From: an uncultured Thioalkalivibrio sp.
Lineage (GTDB): Bacteria > Pseudomonadota > Gammaproteobacteria > Steroidobacterales > XN24
Assembly: GCA_964462675.1 (NCBI GenBank)
Contig: CAYWYS010000002.1
Span: 42,110-106,109 of the forward strand
Reading direction: 5' to 3'
Length of the DNA stretch: 64,000 nt
Below, one piece after another: positions 10,314 to 18,921 of the stretch. The notes below the pieces were generated by a model. The model was not told where the DNA came from, did not search any database, and saw nothing but the letters and a program-made list of their open reading frames with translations. The translations under genes were made by a program, and so were the position numbers. Numbering within the stretch: position 1 is the stretch's first letter; every line of letters starts with the position of its first letter.

Positions 10314-10823
10314 TCACTTGCCCTCGCCCTGATCCTTTCCGAGCAGGCCCGGCCAGCGCTCACCTTTTGTGCTGATCAGCCAATAAGTGATGCCAAGCGC
10401 CAGCACGGTCGCCGCGATGCCCCAGACATAGTCCGGCGACAGTTTCTCGACATCCAGCACGATGACTTTTCGCGCGATGGCCATCAGCGCGGTCGCCACC
10501 ACCAGCTGCACCGGGAAGACGTTGCTGCCGAGGTACAGCCTGATGTTGATGAAGATCTCGATGGCGATCAGCACCGCCATGAACGCGCCGAAGGTGTAGA
10601 AAATATCGTTGATGTTGAGCAGGAACACCGGCTCCGCGGACAGTCTTTCGTACAGCACGTAGACGACATCGAAGATGCCCCACATGATGACGAACACCAT
10701 CAGCACCGCGAGAATCCTGATACAGGCGCGGATCACCCGATGCAGCACCCGAATCAACGGATCGGCATGATCCGCCGGTATTTCCTCGTGCAGATGCGAT
10801 CCGGTCGGATTGTCGTGCGCCAT
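10314..10823 (-). CDS. Phosphate-starvation-inducible PsiE-family membrane protein
   Basis: 'FGAFMAVLIAIEIFINI...VVATALMAIARKVIVLD' with 4 TM segments. Confidence 0.88.
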   Translation of the reverse strand: MAHDNPTGSHLHEEIPADHADPLIRVLHRVIRACIRILAVLMVFVIMWGIFDVVYVLYERLSAEPVFLLNINDIFYTFGAFMAVLIAIEIFINIRLYLGSNVFPVQLVVATALMAIARKVIVLDVEKLSPDYVWGIAATVLALGITYWLISTKGERWPGLLGKDQGEGK

Positions 10824-10839
10824 GGTGAACTCCGGTGAA

Positions 10840-11466
10840 CTACTGGGGAAACTCTGCAAGGCCGGACAGGGCAGCTCGGAACCGCGCCATCTGCGTCGAA
10901 CTGCCGCGCAGCGCATCGCAGGGGCCGATATCGAAAAAATCCACCTGGTAGGCCTGCCGCGACGCAATGCCGCGCGCCCATTTCCGGAACTTCGCCCGGG
11001 TCCACTCGAACCAGTGTCCCGGGTGGCGCAACTGGCCAGGAGCGAGATCGTGCAGCTCGTTGTATTCCTGGTTCGGGGTCGTCACGAGCACCGTGCGCGG
11101 CTGCATCCGGCAGAAAATCGCCTCCTCGACCCGCGACAAGTGGCGCGGATCGATGTGCTCGATCGTCTCGACGAGCGCGGCGGCATCGAAGCCGGACAAC
11201 CCCGCCTCCGCGGCTGCAAAGGAGCCATGGCGCACCTGCAGCCTTCCCCGGCCGCCGGGCAGGCCCAGGCCCAATGCCCGCCGCGCCGCCTCGAGCGCGC
11301 CGTGATCGATGTCGATCCCGAGCAGCCGGTCGAACTGCGCATGCCCGGCCAGCCGCTGCAGCAGCTCGCCTTCGCCGCAGCCCAGGTCCAGCACACTGCG
11401 CGCGCCGCAGGCGAGCAGGTGCCGGACCACCGTATCCAGGCGTTCGCCGTGAAGGTCGCTGGCCAT
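10840..11466 (-). CDS. Stand-alone Hen1-like SAM-dependent RNA 2'-O-methyltransferase domain
   Basis: SAM motif VLDLGCGEG; metal-binding ETIEH; 'VTTPNQEYN'; 'RHPGHWFEWTR..F..W'; C-terminal 'STQMARF'. Confidence 0.82.
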   Translation of the reverse strand: MASDLHGERLDTVVRHLLACGARSVLDLGCGEGELLQRLAGHAQFDRLLGIDIDHGALEAARRALGLGLPGGRGRLQVRHGSFAAAEAGLSGFDAAALVETIEHIDPRHLSRVEEAIFCRMQPRTVLVTTPNQEYNELHDLAPGQLRHPGHWFEWTRAKFRKWARGIASRQAYQVDFFDIGPCDALRGSSTQMARFRAALSGLAEFPQ

Positions 11467-11506
11467 TATCGCGGGACCGTGCGTGTGGCGGCGGAAGCGA
11501 GCGGCA

Positions 11507-11914
11507 TCAGCGCGCGGTGTAGTGGATGGCAAGCAGCGCCCACATCAGCAGCAGGAACAGGTTGGCCAGCATGAATGCGGCCAGCCGGTGCGTGACGTTG
11601 TTGTAGCTCAGGTGAATCACGCTGTGCGCGAGCCTGGCCGCCACGAACAGCCACGCCAGGGTCTGCAGCGCCGGCACCTGGTAGCCCAGCGCCAGTGCCG
11701 TGACGCAGGCAACGTAAAACAGCACCGGCATCTCGAATAGATTGCTGAAATTGCGACCGGCCTGCTGCACGGCCGCAGGTGGCTCCGTCCCGCTATATAC
11801 GCGGAAGTAGCGCATCGAGACCGCACCGCTGCGGACCGCGCCGACGCGCAGCACAAGCATGTAGAAGGCGACAGCAAAGGTCAGCGCGATCATGGCCAGC
11901 ATGGGGTACAGCAT
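11507..11914 (-). CDS. MAPEG family membrane protein
   Basis: 'RNFSNLFEMPVLFY', 'WLFVAARLAHSVIH'; 4 TM segments. Confidence 0.88.
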   Translation of the reverse strand: MLYPMLAMIALTFAVAFYMLVLRVGAVRSGAVSMRYFRVYSGTEPPAAVQQAGRNFSNLFEMPVLFYVACVTALALGYQVPALQTLAWLFVAARLAHSVIHLSYNNVTHRLAAFMLANLFLLLMWALLAIHYTAR

Positions 11915-12099
11915 GCAGTCGAACTCCAGTTGAACCGGCCGCGGGACCAAGCACTTCCTGAATTCTCACCGCTGTCGTACCTGGCGCGCAAGCGCGGAAC
12001 GTTCCTGCGCGACGGCCCGTCGCGATACAATGCCGACTGCGCCCTGGGGGCAGCTGACAGCCTCCTTCAACGACCATGAGCGAGTAGCGGGTGATTTCC

Positions 12100-12582
12100 A
12101 TGACACAGCTGGACAAATCGGCGGCCGTGGCGCGTTCTATCCTCGGCGCCGAGCTGGCGCCAGAGGAATGCGCCGCACTCGCCGCAGCGATGGGCGTCCT
12201 GCAGTTGCAGCCGGGCGAGGTGCTGGTCCGCGAGAACGAGGCACGCCGCACGCTGTTCGTGCTAGCGGAGGGCCGGCTCAGCGTCTGCATGGTCGGCGGC
12301 GATCGCGAGACGACGCTTTACCAGTTGCGGATCGGCGAATGCGCCGGGACGCGCGCGTTCCTCGACGGCTCCGAACGCAAGGCCATGCTCCGGGCCGACA
12401 GCGACACCACAGTGCTGACGCTGGAGCCGGAGAACTTCGAGCGCCTGATCGACGGCCACCCGCACCTCGTTTACAAGGTCATGCGCGCCCTGTTCCGCGT
12501 GACTCACGCCAACTTGATGCGCATGAACCTGGAAAGCGCGGAGCTGCGCAACTACATGATGAAGACCGGCGGCCGCTACTGA
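12100..12582 (+). CDS. Stand-alone cyclic-nucleotide-binding domain protein
   Basis: 'GEVLVRENE...LFVLAEGRLSV', 'GECAGTRAFLDGSERKAMLRA'; no HTH follows. Confidence 0.85.
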   Translation: MTQLDKSAAVARSILGAELAPEECAALAAAMGVLQLQPGEVLVRENEARRTLFVLAEGRLSVCMVGGDRETTLYQLRIGECAGTRAFLDGSERKAMLRADSDTTVLTLEPENFERLIDGHPHLVYKVMRALFRVTHANLMRMNLESAELRNYMMKTGGRY

Positions 12583-12610
12583 GTCCCATGGCCACCGGGC
12601 ATTCGCGAAA

Positions 12611-13069
12611 ATGAGTGCCGAACCGCACATCTACGTCGACGCCGACGCCTGCCCGGTCAAGGCCGAAACGGCCAGGGTTGCCGCACGCCACGGACTTCCA
12701 GTCACCTTCGTTGCGAATGCCTCGATGACGCTGCCGCGCGCGCCGCGACTGCGCATGCAGGTGGTATCCGGGGCATTCGACGCCGCCGACGACTGGATCG
12801 TCGCGCAACTCCAGCCCGGCGACATCGTCGTTACGGCCGATATTCCGCTCGCCTCGCAGGCCCTGAAGAAGGGCGCGCGGGTGCTCGGACCGGCCGGCAA
12901 GCCCTTCACCGACGACAACATCGGCAACGCGCTGGCAACGCGGGAAATCATGGCGGACCTGCGCGCCCACGGTGTCGGCGGCGGCCCGCCGCCCTTCGAT
13001 CAGCGGGACCGCTCGCGTTTCCTGCAGGCGCTGGAACTCGTGGTGCGCCAGGCGATGCGCAGCGCCTGA
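12611..13069 (+). CDS. yaiI: YaiI/YqxD (UPF0178) family protein
   Basis: 'IYVDADACPVK', 'DAADDWI', 'GDIVVTADIPLA', 'DRSRFLQAL'. Confidence 0.92.
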   Translation: MSAEPHIYVDADACPVKAETARVAARHGLPVTFVANASMTLPRAPRLRMQVVSGAFDAADDWIVAQLQPGDIVVTADIPLASQALKKGARVLGPAGKPFTDDNIGNALATREIMADLRAHGVGGGPPPFDQRDRSRFLQALELVVRQAMRSA

Positions 13070-13086
13070 GCTGGCGGCACTCGCGA

Positions 13087-13124
13087 TGGCGGAGGTCGTC
13101 CGGATCGGGCGACGACCTCCGCCA
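13087..13124. repeat. Perfect 14 bp inverted repeat (REP-like element or bidirectional terminator)
   Basis: TGGCGGAGGTCGTC, a 10 nt loop, then GACGACCTCCGCCA; lies between convergent genes and has no T tail. Confidence 0.7.
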
Positions 13125-13173
13125 CCTGTCGATGTCTGCGCACAGTGGCAAAGCGTGCGGTGGTTGACCGGGC

Positions 13174-13725
13174 TCAGGCCATGATCGGCGCCAGCGCGGT
13201 GGCGACGTGCTCGCCCTGCGCCGGGGTGATCAGGCTGCCAAGGATTTCGGCGAAACGAGGTTCCTGCACGCCCGAGACGATGTACTGCCAGCGGTAGGCG
13301 CGCAGCAATGCAGCCTGCAACTGGCCGAACTCGTCGGCGCTCATTGGACGATCGCAGATCTGCACGAAGTAACCGGCGTCGGCCTGCCGCTGTGCTTGCG
13401 CAGCATCCGTGACACGCCGTTCAGGGTTCCTCCGGTGCCCGCGCCGGTGACCCAGTTCGGTGAGCACCCGCTGATCGTTCGCGCGCAGCTGCTCGGCCAT
13501 GGCGGCAGGAAAGATCTGCATATCGGTCCGGCCCAGGTAGTCGGCATCCTGCCCGCCCATGAGGTCGGTGAACCGCTTGTTGACATAGATGTACCTGCCC
13601 AGCAGGTCCTTCACGGCCACGACTGCGGAGTTGGCATCCAGCAGCTCACGCAAGGCATCAGCGGGCAGCGGCCGGACTTCGGCAGACGCCAGCTCGGCGG
13701 GCTTGGGCGAGTGTTCCATGGCCAT
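13174..13725 (-). pseudogene. Chimeric remnant: PAS sensor N-terminus + CysK-like fragment + C-terminus of an unrelated, probably ferritin-like protein
   Basis: PAS segment 'VAVKDLLGRYIYVN...DYLGRTDMQIFP' stops at 'RANDQRVLT'. 13389-13454 in another frame reads WVTGAGTGGTLNGVSRMLRKHS, a PLP-enzyme phosphate loop. The 3' end reads 'LLRAYRWQYIVSGVQEPRF'. Confidence 0.65.
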
Positions 13726-13832
13726 GCTCGCAGTCTAGCGCCGGCGGCTCGACGCACAACGACCGGATACAATCCGGCAACAATAGAAACAGCACAGATA
13801 CATCCGGCGCCAGCGCAGCGCCGGGCATTTTC

Positions 13833-14290
13833 TCAGCGCGGATCCGGGACGAACATGTAGCCGACGCCGCGCACCGTGCGGATCAGCTGCGGGCTGTCCG
13901 ACTGGTCCTCCAGCTTGCGCCTGAGCCTCGCGACCCGAATGTCGATGCTGCGGTCGTAGGGATCCCAGTCCCGGTTCTGCGTCATGTTCAACAGCTGGTC
14001 GCGCGACAGGACCCTGTTCGGGCGCTCCGCCAGCACCTGCAGCAAGTCGAACTCCATGCGCGTCAGGATCAGCTCCTCGCCGTCAGCGCGAAATACCCGC
14101 CGGGAGCTCATGTCCAGCTCGAAACCGGGAATGTGCACCCGCGCCGAGCTTCTCTCCTGCAAGGCCTCCGGCACGCACCGATAGCGACGCATAATGCTCT
14201 TGACCCGCGCTGGCAGAAGTATTCGTGCAGCAGTTCCCGCACGACCGCGTCGTCGTCCACGACCAGCAGCGTCTCTGTTGCTTCTTGCAT
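13833..14290 (-). pseudogene. OmpR-family response regulator with most of the receiver domain deleted (frameshifted)
   Basis: Frame 1 reads MQEATETLLVVDDDAVVRELLHEYFCQRG; frame 2 resumes ARVKSIMRR with a complete winged helix (LTRMEFDLL...RSIDIRVARLRRKLE...IRTVRGVGY). Confidence 0.88.
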
Positions 14291-14472
14291 GGGCGCCCCC
14301 CCAATCGCTGCGTCGCGCCGCCCAATTGTGCGCCCGGCAACGCCGCGCAGACAAGGGAGCCGCGCTGTGACTACCCGATCCGGGTAGCGGCAAACAGAGC
14401 GCGGCACCTGGCAATCGGGCAGAATCTCCGCCAGGCCGATGTCGATTCGGTCCCTGGTCTGCCGGAGGCGCA

Positions 14473-15789
14473 ATGAACCGCTACGACCCCGCCCGCTTCG
14501 AGCGCGTGCGCTGGACGATCTACAGCGTGCTGGTCGCAGCTTACATGCTCGCCTTCTTTCACCGCTTCGCCCCCGCGATGGTCTCGGCCGAACTCAGCCA
14601 GGCCTTCGGCATCACCGCGGCGGCGCTGGGTTCGCTCGCGGCCATGTATTTCTATATCTACACGGCGATGCAGATTCCTGCCGGGGTGCTCGCGGACACG
14701 CTCGGCTCACGCTTCGCGGTCACCCTCGGCAACATCGTGGCCGGCGCCGGCTCGGTGGTATTCGGGCTGGCACAGAGCTTTGCGACCGCCAGCACCGGGC
14801 GGTTCCTGGTCGGTCTCGGCGTTTCAGTGGTGTTCGTCGGCCTGATGAAGAGCAACAGCGTCTGGTTCAGCGAGCGGCGCTACGGCACGATCAGTGGCCT
14901 GACGCTGCTGCTGGGAAACCTCGGCGCGATCGCCGCGACCGGGCCGCTGGCGCTGTTGCTGCTGCACGTCGACTGGCGCGCGCTGTTCGTCGTGCTCGGC
15001 CTGGTCGCGATGGGCCTTGGTGGGCTCTCGTGGTGGCTCGTCCGCGATCGGCCTGAAGATCTCGGCTTTCCCTCGGTGCGCGAGATGGAAGGCCAGGCCG
15101 CCCATGCGCCGCGGACCCGGCACTGGATCCATGACCTGCGCGCTGTGCTCGCCAATCGCCGCCTCTGGCCCGGCTTCGTCTATGACTTCGGCATTGCCGG
15201 CAGCCTGTTCGGGATGCTGGGATTATGGGCCGTGCCGCTGCTGCGCGACGCCCATGGGCTCAGCCGGGGCGAGGCTTCGATGTACACGACCCTGGCGACG
15301 GCGGCGTTTGCCATCGGCTGCCTTGCGGCCGGCAGCCTGTCCGACCGGCTGCATCGCCGCCGGCCTGTGCTGCGGGCGGGTGCCATGGTTTACCTGCTGG
15401 TCTGCCTCGTGCTGCTGTTCCTGCCGTGGACGCCGGGGCCGGTGGCGCTGCTGCTGTTCGCACTGCTCGGGCTGAGCGCCGGAAGTTTCGTCGTCGCCTA
15501 TGCGCACGCCAAGGAAGTGACGGCACCGGCGCTGGCCGGCATGGCGATCGCGCTCGTCAATACCGGCCTGTTCCTTGGCACCGCCCTGTTCCAGCCCCTG
15601 TTTGGCTGGGGAATGGACATCGGCTGGGATGGCAGGCTCCTGGATGGCGTGCCGGTATACGGCGCCGCGGACTACCGGCGCGGCCTGTGGCTGCTGGCCG
15701 GCTTCGCGGCGATGGCGGCCGTGGCTTCACGCTTCCTGGTCGAGACGAACTGCCGGAACATCAGCCCGTCAGCACCGCCAGCACCATGA
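14473..15789 (+). CDS. MFS transporter
   Basis: 'QIPAGVLADTLGSR', 'AGSLSDRLHRRR'; about 12 TM segments. Confidence 0.9.
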   Translation: MNRYDPARFERVRWTIYSVLVAAYMLAFFHRFAPAMVSAELSQAFGITAAALGSLAAMYFYIYTAMQIPAGVLADTLGSRFAVTLGNIVAGAGSVVFGLAQSFATASTGRFLVGLGVSVVFVGLMKSNSVWFSERRYGTISGLTLLLGNLGAIAATGPLALLLLHVDWRALFVVLGLVAMGLGGLSWWLVRDRPEDLGFPSVREMEGQAAHAPRTRHWIHDLRAVLANRRLWPGFVYDFGIAGSLFGMLGLWAVPLLRDAHGLSRGEASMYTTLATAAFAIGCLAAGSLSDRLHRRRPVLRAGAMVYLLVCLVLLFLPWTPGPVALLLFALLGLSAGSFVVAYAHAKEVTAPALAGMAIALVNTGLFLGTALFQPLFGWGMDIGWDGRLLDGVPVYGAADYRRGLWLLAGFAAMAAVASRFLVETNCRNISPSAPPAP

Positions 15790-17134
15790 CCGCCAGCGTC
15801 GCCAGTACCGGGACGACGATCGTCACGATGGCGATGTCGCGATACGCCGTGCGGTAGGACAGGCTCATGATGGTCATCATGACGACGACCGCGCCGCAAT
15901 GCGGCAGCGAATCGAAGCCGCCCGAGGCCAGCGTCGAGATCCGGTGCAGCACCTCCGGCGCAATACCCATCTCGAGGTAACGCGGCGCAAGCGACGCCAT
16001 GAAGATCTGCAGTCCGCCGGAGGCCGAGCCGGTGATCCCGGCGACCGTGCTCATCGACAGGAAGGCCGACAACAGCGGCGGCAGGCTGGAATCGACGACC
16101 AGCCCGCTGAACTTCGCGAAACCCGATGTCTGGATGACCACGCCGCCGAAGCCGATGATCGCCGCGGTATTCATCAGCGGCAGGATCGCTTCGTTGGTGC
16201 CGCGTCCCAGGCTCGCCATGCGCTTGTCTGCCAGGCGCGGCAGCAGCAACAGCGCCAGCAGCGTGCCGATCGCGAGCGCCAGGCTCGGCCAGAAGACCGG
16301 CTGCCGCGCCGCAAATGCCACCATCTGCACCAGCCGGGACGCTTCGTCCGCCGGCACGAAGGCGGCGAGCACGCGCGGCAGGATGATTATGGCCAGCACC
16401 ACGAGCAACGGCGCCAGGGCCACGCCCCAGTGCGGCAGCCCCGCCGCCAGTTCCTCATCTTCCGGGACATGCTCATGCGGCGCAGCTTCGAAGCCCTCGC
16501 CACGCGCCATCGCCCGGCGACGCTCGCGCTCGAGGTAGCCCATGCCGAGCAGCACCATCAGTCCCGCCGCGACGAGGCCAAGCAACGGCGCGGCGAACAG
16601 ATCGGTGCCGAGCGCGCGCGCGGCGATGACGTTGTGGATCGATGGCGTGCCGGGCAGCGCCGTCATCGTGAAGGTCCCGGCGCCGAGCGCGGCGGCGCCG
16701 GCGAGCAATCGCTTGGGCGTGTTGGCGTCGCGCGCAAGCTCCAGCGCCAGCGGGTAGACGGCAAAGATCACGACGAACACGACCACGCCGCCATAGGTCA
16801 GCAGCGCGCAGGCCAGCATGATGATCCACAGCACCCGCTCGCGGCCCAGCAGGTCGCGGAACAGCAAGGCGATGCTGGTCGTCGCCTTGCCCTCCGCCAT
16901 GACCTTGCCGAAGATCGCGCCGGCGAAGAAGATCAGGAAGAACTGCCCGGCGAAGCTGAATGCGCCGGAACGGCCGGTGGCGTAATGCTGCAGCAGGCTG
17001 TCGGACACCGGCAAGCCGTTCGTGAGCGCCACGGCGATCGCCGCCAGCAGCGACGCGAGGATCACGTTGACGCCGCGCAGCACCAGCCAGATCAGCAGGC
17101 CGAGCGAAAACAGCAGTCCGAGGTTCGCGAGCAT
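15761..17134 (-). CDS. GntP/GntT-family organic acid:H+ symporter
   Basis: 'GAIFGKVM..G.A.SIA', 'LLTYGGVVVFVVIF', 'ALPGTPSIHN', 'GSASGGL', 'FDSLPHCGAV'. Confidence 0.88.
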   Translation of the reverse strand: MLANLGLLFSLGLLIWLVLRGVNVILASLLAAIAVALTNGLPVSDSLLQHYATGRSGAFSFAGQFFLIFFAGAIFGKVMAEGKATTSIALLFRDLLGRERVLWIIMLACALLTYGGVVVFVVIFAVYPLALELARDANTPKRLLAGAAALGAGTFTMTALPGTPSIHNVIAARALGTDLFAAPLLGLVAAGLMVLLGMGYLERERRRAMARGEGFEAAPHEHVPEDEELAAGLPHWGVALAPLLVVLAIIILPRVLAAFVPADEASRLVQMVAFAARQPVFWPSLALAIGTLLALLLLPRLADKRMASLGRGTNEAILPLMNTAAIIGFGGVVIQTSGFAKFSGLVVDSSLPPLLSAFLSMSTVAGITGSASGGLQIFMASLAPRYLEMGIAPEVLHRISTLASGGFDSLPHCGAVVVMMTIMSLSYRTAYRDIAIVTIVVPVLATLAVMVLAVLTG

Positions 17135-17167
17135 CGGCGCAAGATAGCCGCTGCGCGCGGCATGCGT

Positions 17168-17516
17168 CTACCCTGGTGCTGCGGGTGCCTGGCGCTGCAA
17201 TCCGCCGAAGAACAGCTGGAGCATCGCCCCGCCGTGCAAGCATGCAAAGCTCGCACAGCATGCCCAGCGGATCGCGCCGGCCGGTCCCCTGGCGGTAGGT
17301 TTCGGCGATCTCCGACATCGGCAGCCGCACCCGGTCCAGCATCGCGGCGAACAGGTCGCTCTTGTCCTTGAAGTGCCAATAGATCGCGCCGCGGGTCACA
17401 CCGGCGCGCTGCGCGATGTGCTCGAGGCTGCTGCGGGAAACACCCCGCTCGAGGAACACCAGCTCGGCGGCGTCGAGGATCGCCTCGCGCGTCGCTGCGG
17501 CGTCGGCCCGGGTGCG
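17168..17516 (-). pseudogene. AcrR/TtgR-like TetR regulator remnant (no start codon, internal deletion)
   Basis: RTRADAAATREAILDAAELVFLERG...IAQRAGVTRGAIYWHFKDKSDLF has no in-frame start after an upstream TGA. The C-terminal helix AMLQLFFGGLQRQ...* is in a different frame after ~17240. Confidence 0.82.
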
Positions 17517-17653
17517 CGTCCGTGCTCGACGACTCCATGTAGATCATGCCCTGCACGCCCCGGCAGGCCGCGCAGCGCGGCCGCGCCGCCGATGACGATC
17601 AGGATCGAGATCACCGACGAGAAGATCGGCCGGTCGATGAAAAAGCGCAGCAT
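17517..17653 (-). pseudogene. Remnant of an AcrB-type RND transporter (two short fragments)
   Basis: MLRFFIDRPIFSSVISILIVIGGAAALRGLP (31 codons), then GVQGMIYMESSST in another frame; the rest of a ~1000 aa RND protein is absent. Confidence 0.85.
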
Positions 17654-18813
17654 CAGTCGGTTCGCTCACCGCGGGTCTTCGGCACCACGGCAGCGCCGTC
17701 GCGCAACGCGACCTGGCCATTGACGACGACGCGCTCGCCGTCGGCCAGGCCTTCGAGCACCACTTGCCGGCCGTCGATCAGCGGGCCGAGCCGTACCGGT
17801 CGCGCCTGCGCCTTGTCGTCGTCGCCGACGACGAACAGCACCGGCCCGGCGGGACCCTGCGATACGGCCGCCGGATCGACCAGGTAAACGCCCTCGAGCC
17901 GCCTGGTGGCCAGCCGCACGCGCGCGAGGGACCCCGGCATCAGGCGCTGCTCCGGGTTTCTGAACACTGCACGCATGACGACGTTGCCGGTGCGCGCGTC
18001 GACGGTGCTCGCGGTGTAGTCCACTTCGTCGGTGGGCTCGTAGCGCTCGCCACCGGCGAAGCGCAGCTGTGCCGCCAGCACATCCGCCGCGGCATCGACG
18101 GCCAGCGCACGGCGGGCAGCTGCTTCTTCGCCCGGCAGCGCGAATCGCGCGTGGATCGGGTCCAGCTGGGTGACGGTCGTCAACAGGTCGCCGTGCGACA
18201 CCAGGTTGCCGGGCGTGACGGCCTCGAGTCCCGTGACGCCCGCCACCGGCCCCCGCACGGTCGTGTAGCCGAGCTCCAGCCGGGCCTGCGCGGCGCTCGC
18301 CTCGGCGACGGCCAGGCGCGCCTCGGCCAGTTCCTGGTTCGAAAGCGCGCGATCGCGGTCGCTTTCGCTGACCACCCGCTGCGCAAACAAGCCCTCGATG
18401 CGCCGCCACTCGCGTTCGGCCTGGTGGAGCGCCGCCTGCGCGTCCGCCACCTGCGCCTCGGCCCGCTGCACAGCAATGCGGTACGGTGCCGGATCGATCC
18501 GGAACAGGGCGGCGTGTTGCTCGACGACCTCGCCTTCCTCGTAAAGGCGCTCCTCGAGGATTCCGCTGACGCGCGCCCGCACCTCCGCCTCGCGCGCGCC
18601 ATACAGGCGCGCCGCCTAATCGGCCTCCACGCGCACGTCCTCGCGACTGACCTTGACGAAAGTCACCGGCGCAGGCGGAGGCTGGCCGCCGGGGCCATGT
18701 CCCCCGCCCGCGCCATTGGGTTCCTGGCTGCATGCGGCCAGACCAGACGCCAGCAGCAGGGCGATCGCCCCGGCTGCCAGCGGCGCGGCAAAGAATGAAT
18801 TGGGCGGGGACAT
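17653..18813 (-). pseudogene. AcrA-type RND membrane fusion lipoprotein with an in-frame TAG
   Basis: Lipobox LAAC. The two ORF-track pieces are in the same frame, separated by GAT-TAG-GCG at 18616-18618 (EAD*AARLYGAREAEVRARV). The stop overlaps the acrB ATG (TGATG). Confidence 0.88.
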
Positions 18814-18851
18814 CGACAGCTCCGTACAGTCCAGCCCGAACCAGGGCCGCA

Positions 18852-18880
18852 ATTATACAGTCAAGACTGTATGTTTACAA
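18852..18880 (-). promoter_or_regulatory. sigma70 promoter with an embedded TetR-type operator
   Basis: Minus strand reads TTGTAA-N17-TATAAT. A perfect palindrome, ATACAGTC-AA-GACTGTAT (18855-18872), lies between the boxes. Confidence 0.85.
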
Positions 18881-18921
18881 AGGCGCCCGTGGCCGGCGGA
18901 TTCCCGCGCAGCGCAACCGCG

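Noticed and set aside
18616-18618. Amber read-through or pyrrolysine recoding of the TAG in acrA
   Set aside because: The partner acrB and tetR genes are destroyed, no pyl genes or tRNA are visible, and all other TAG codons behave as stops. A nonsense mutation is simpler.
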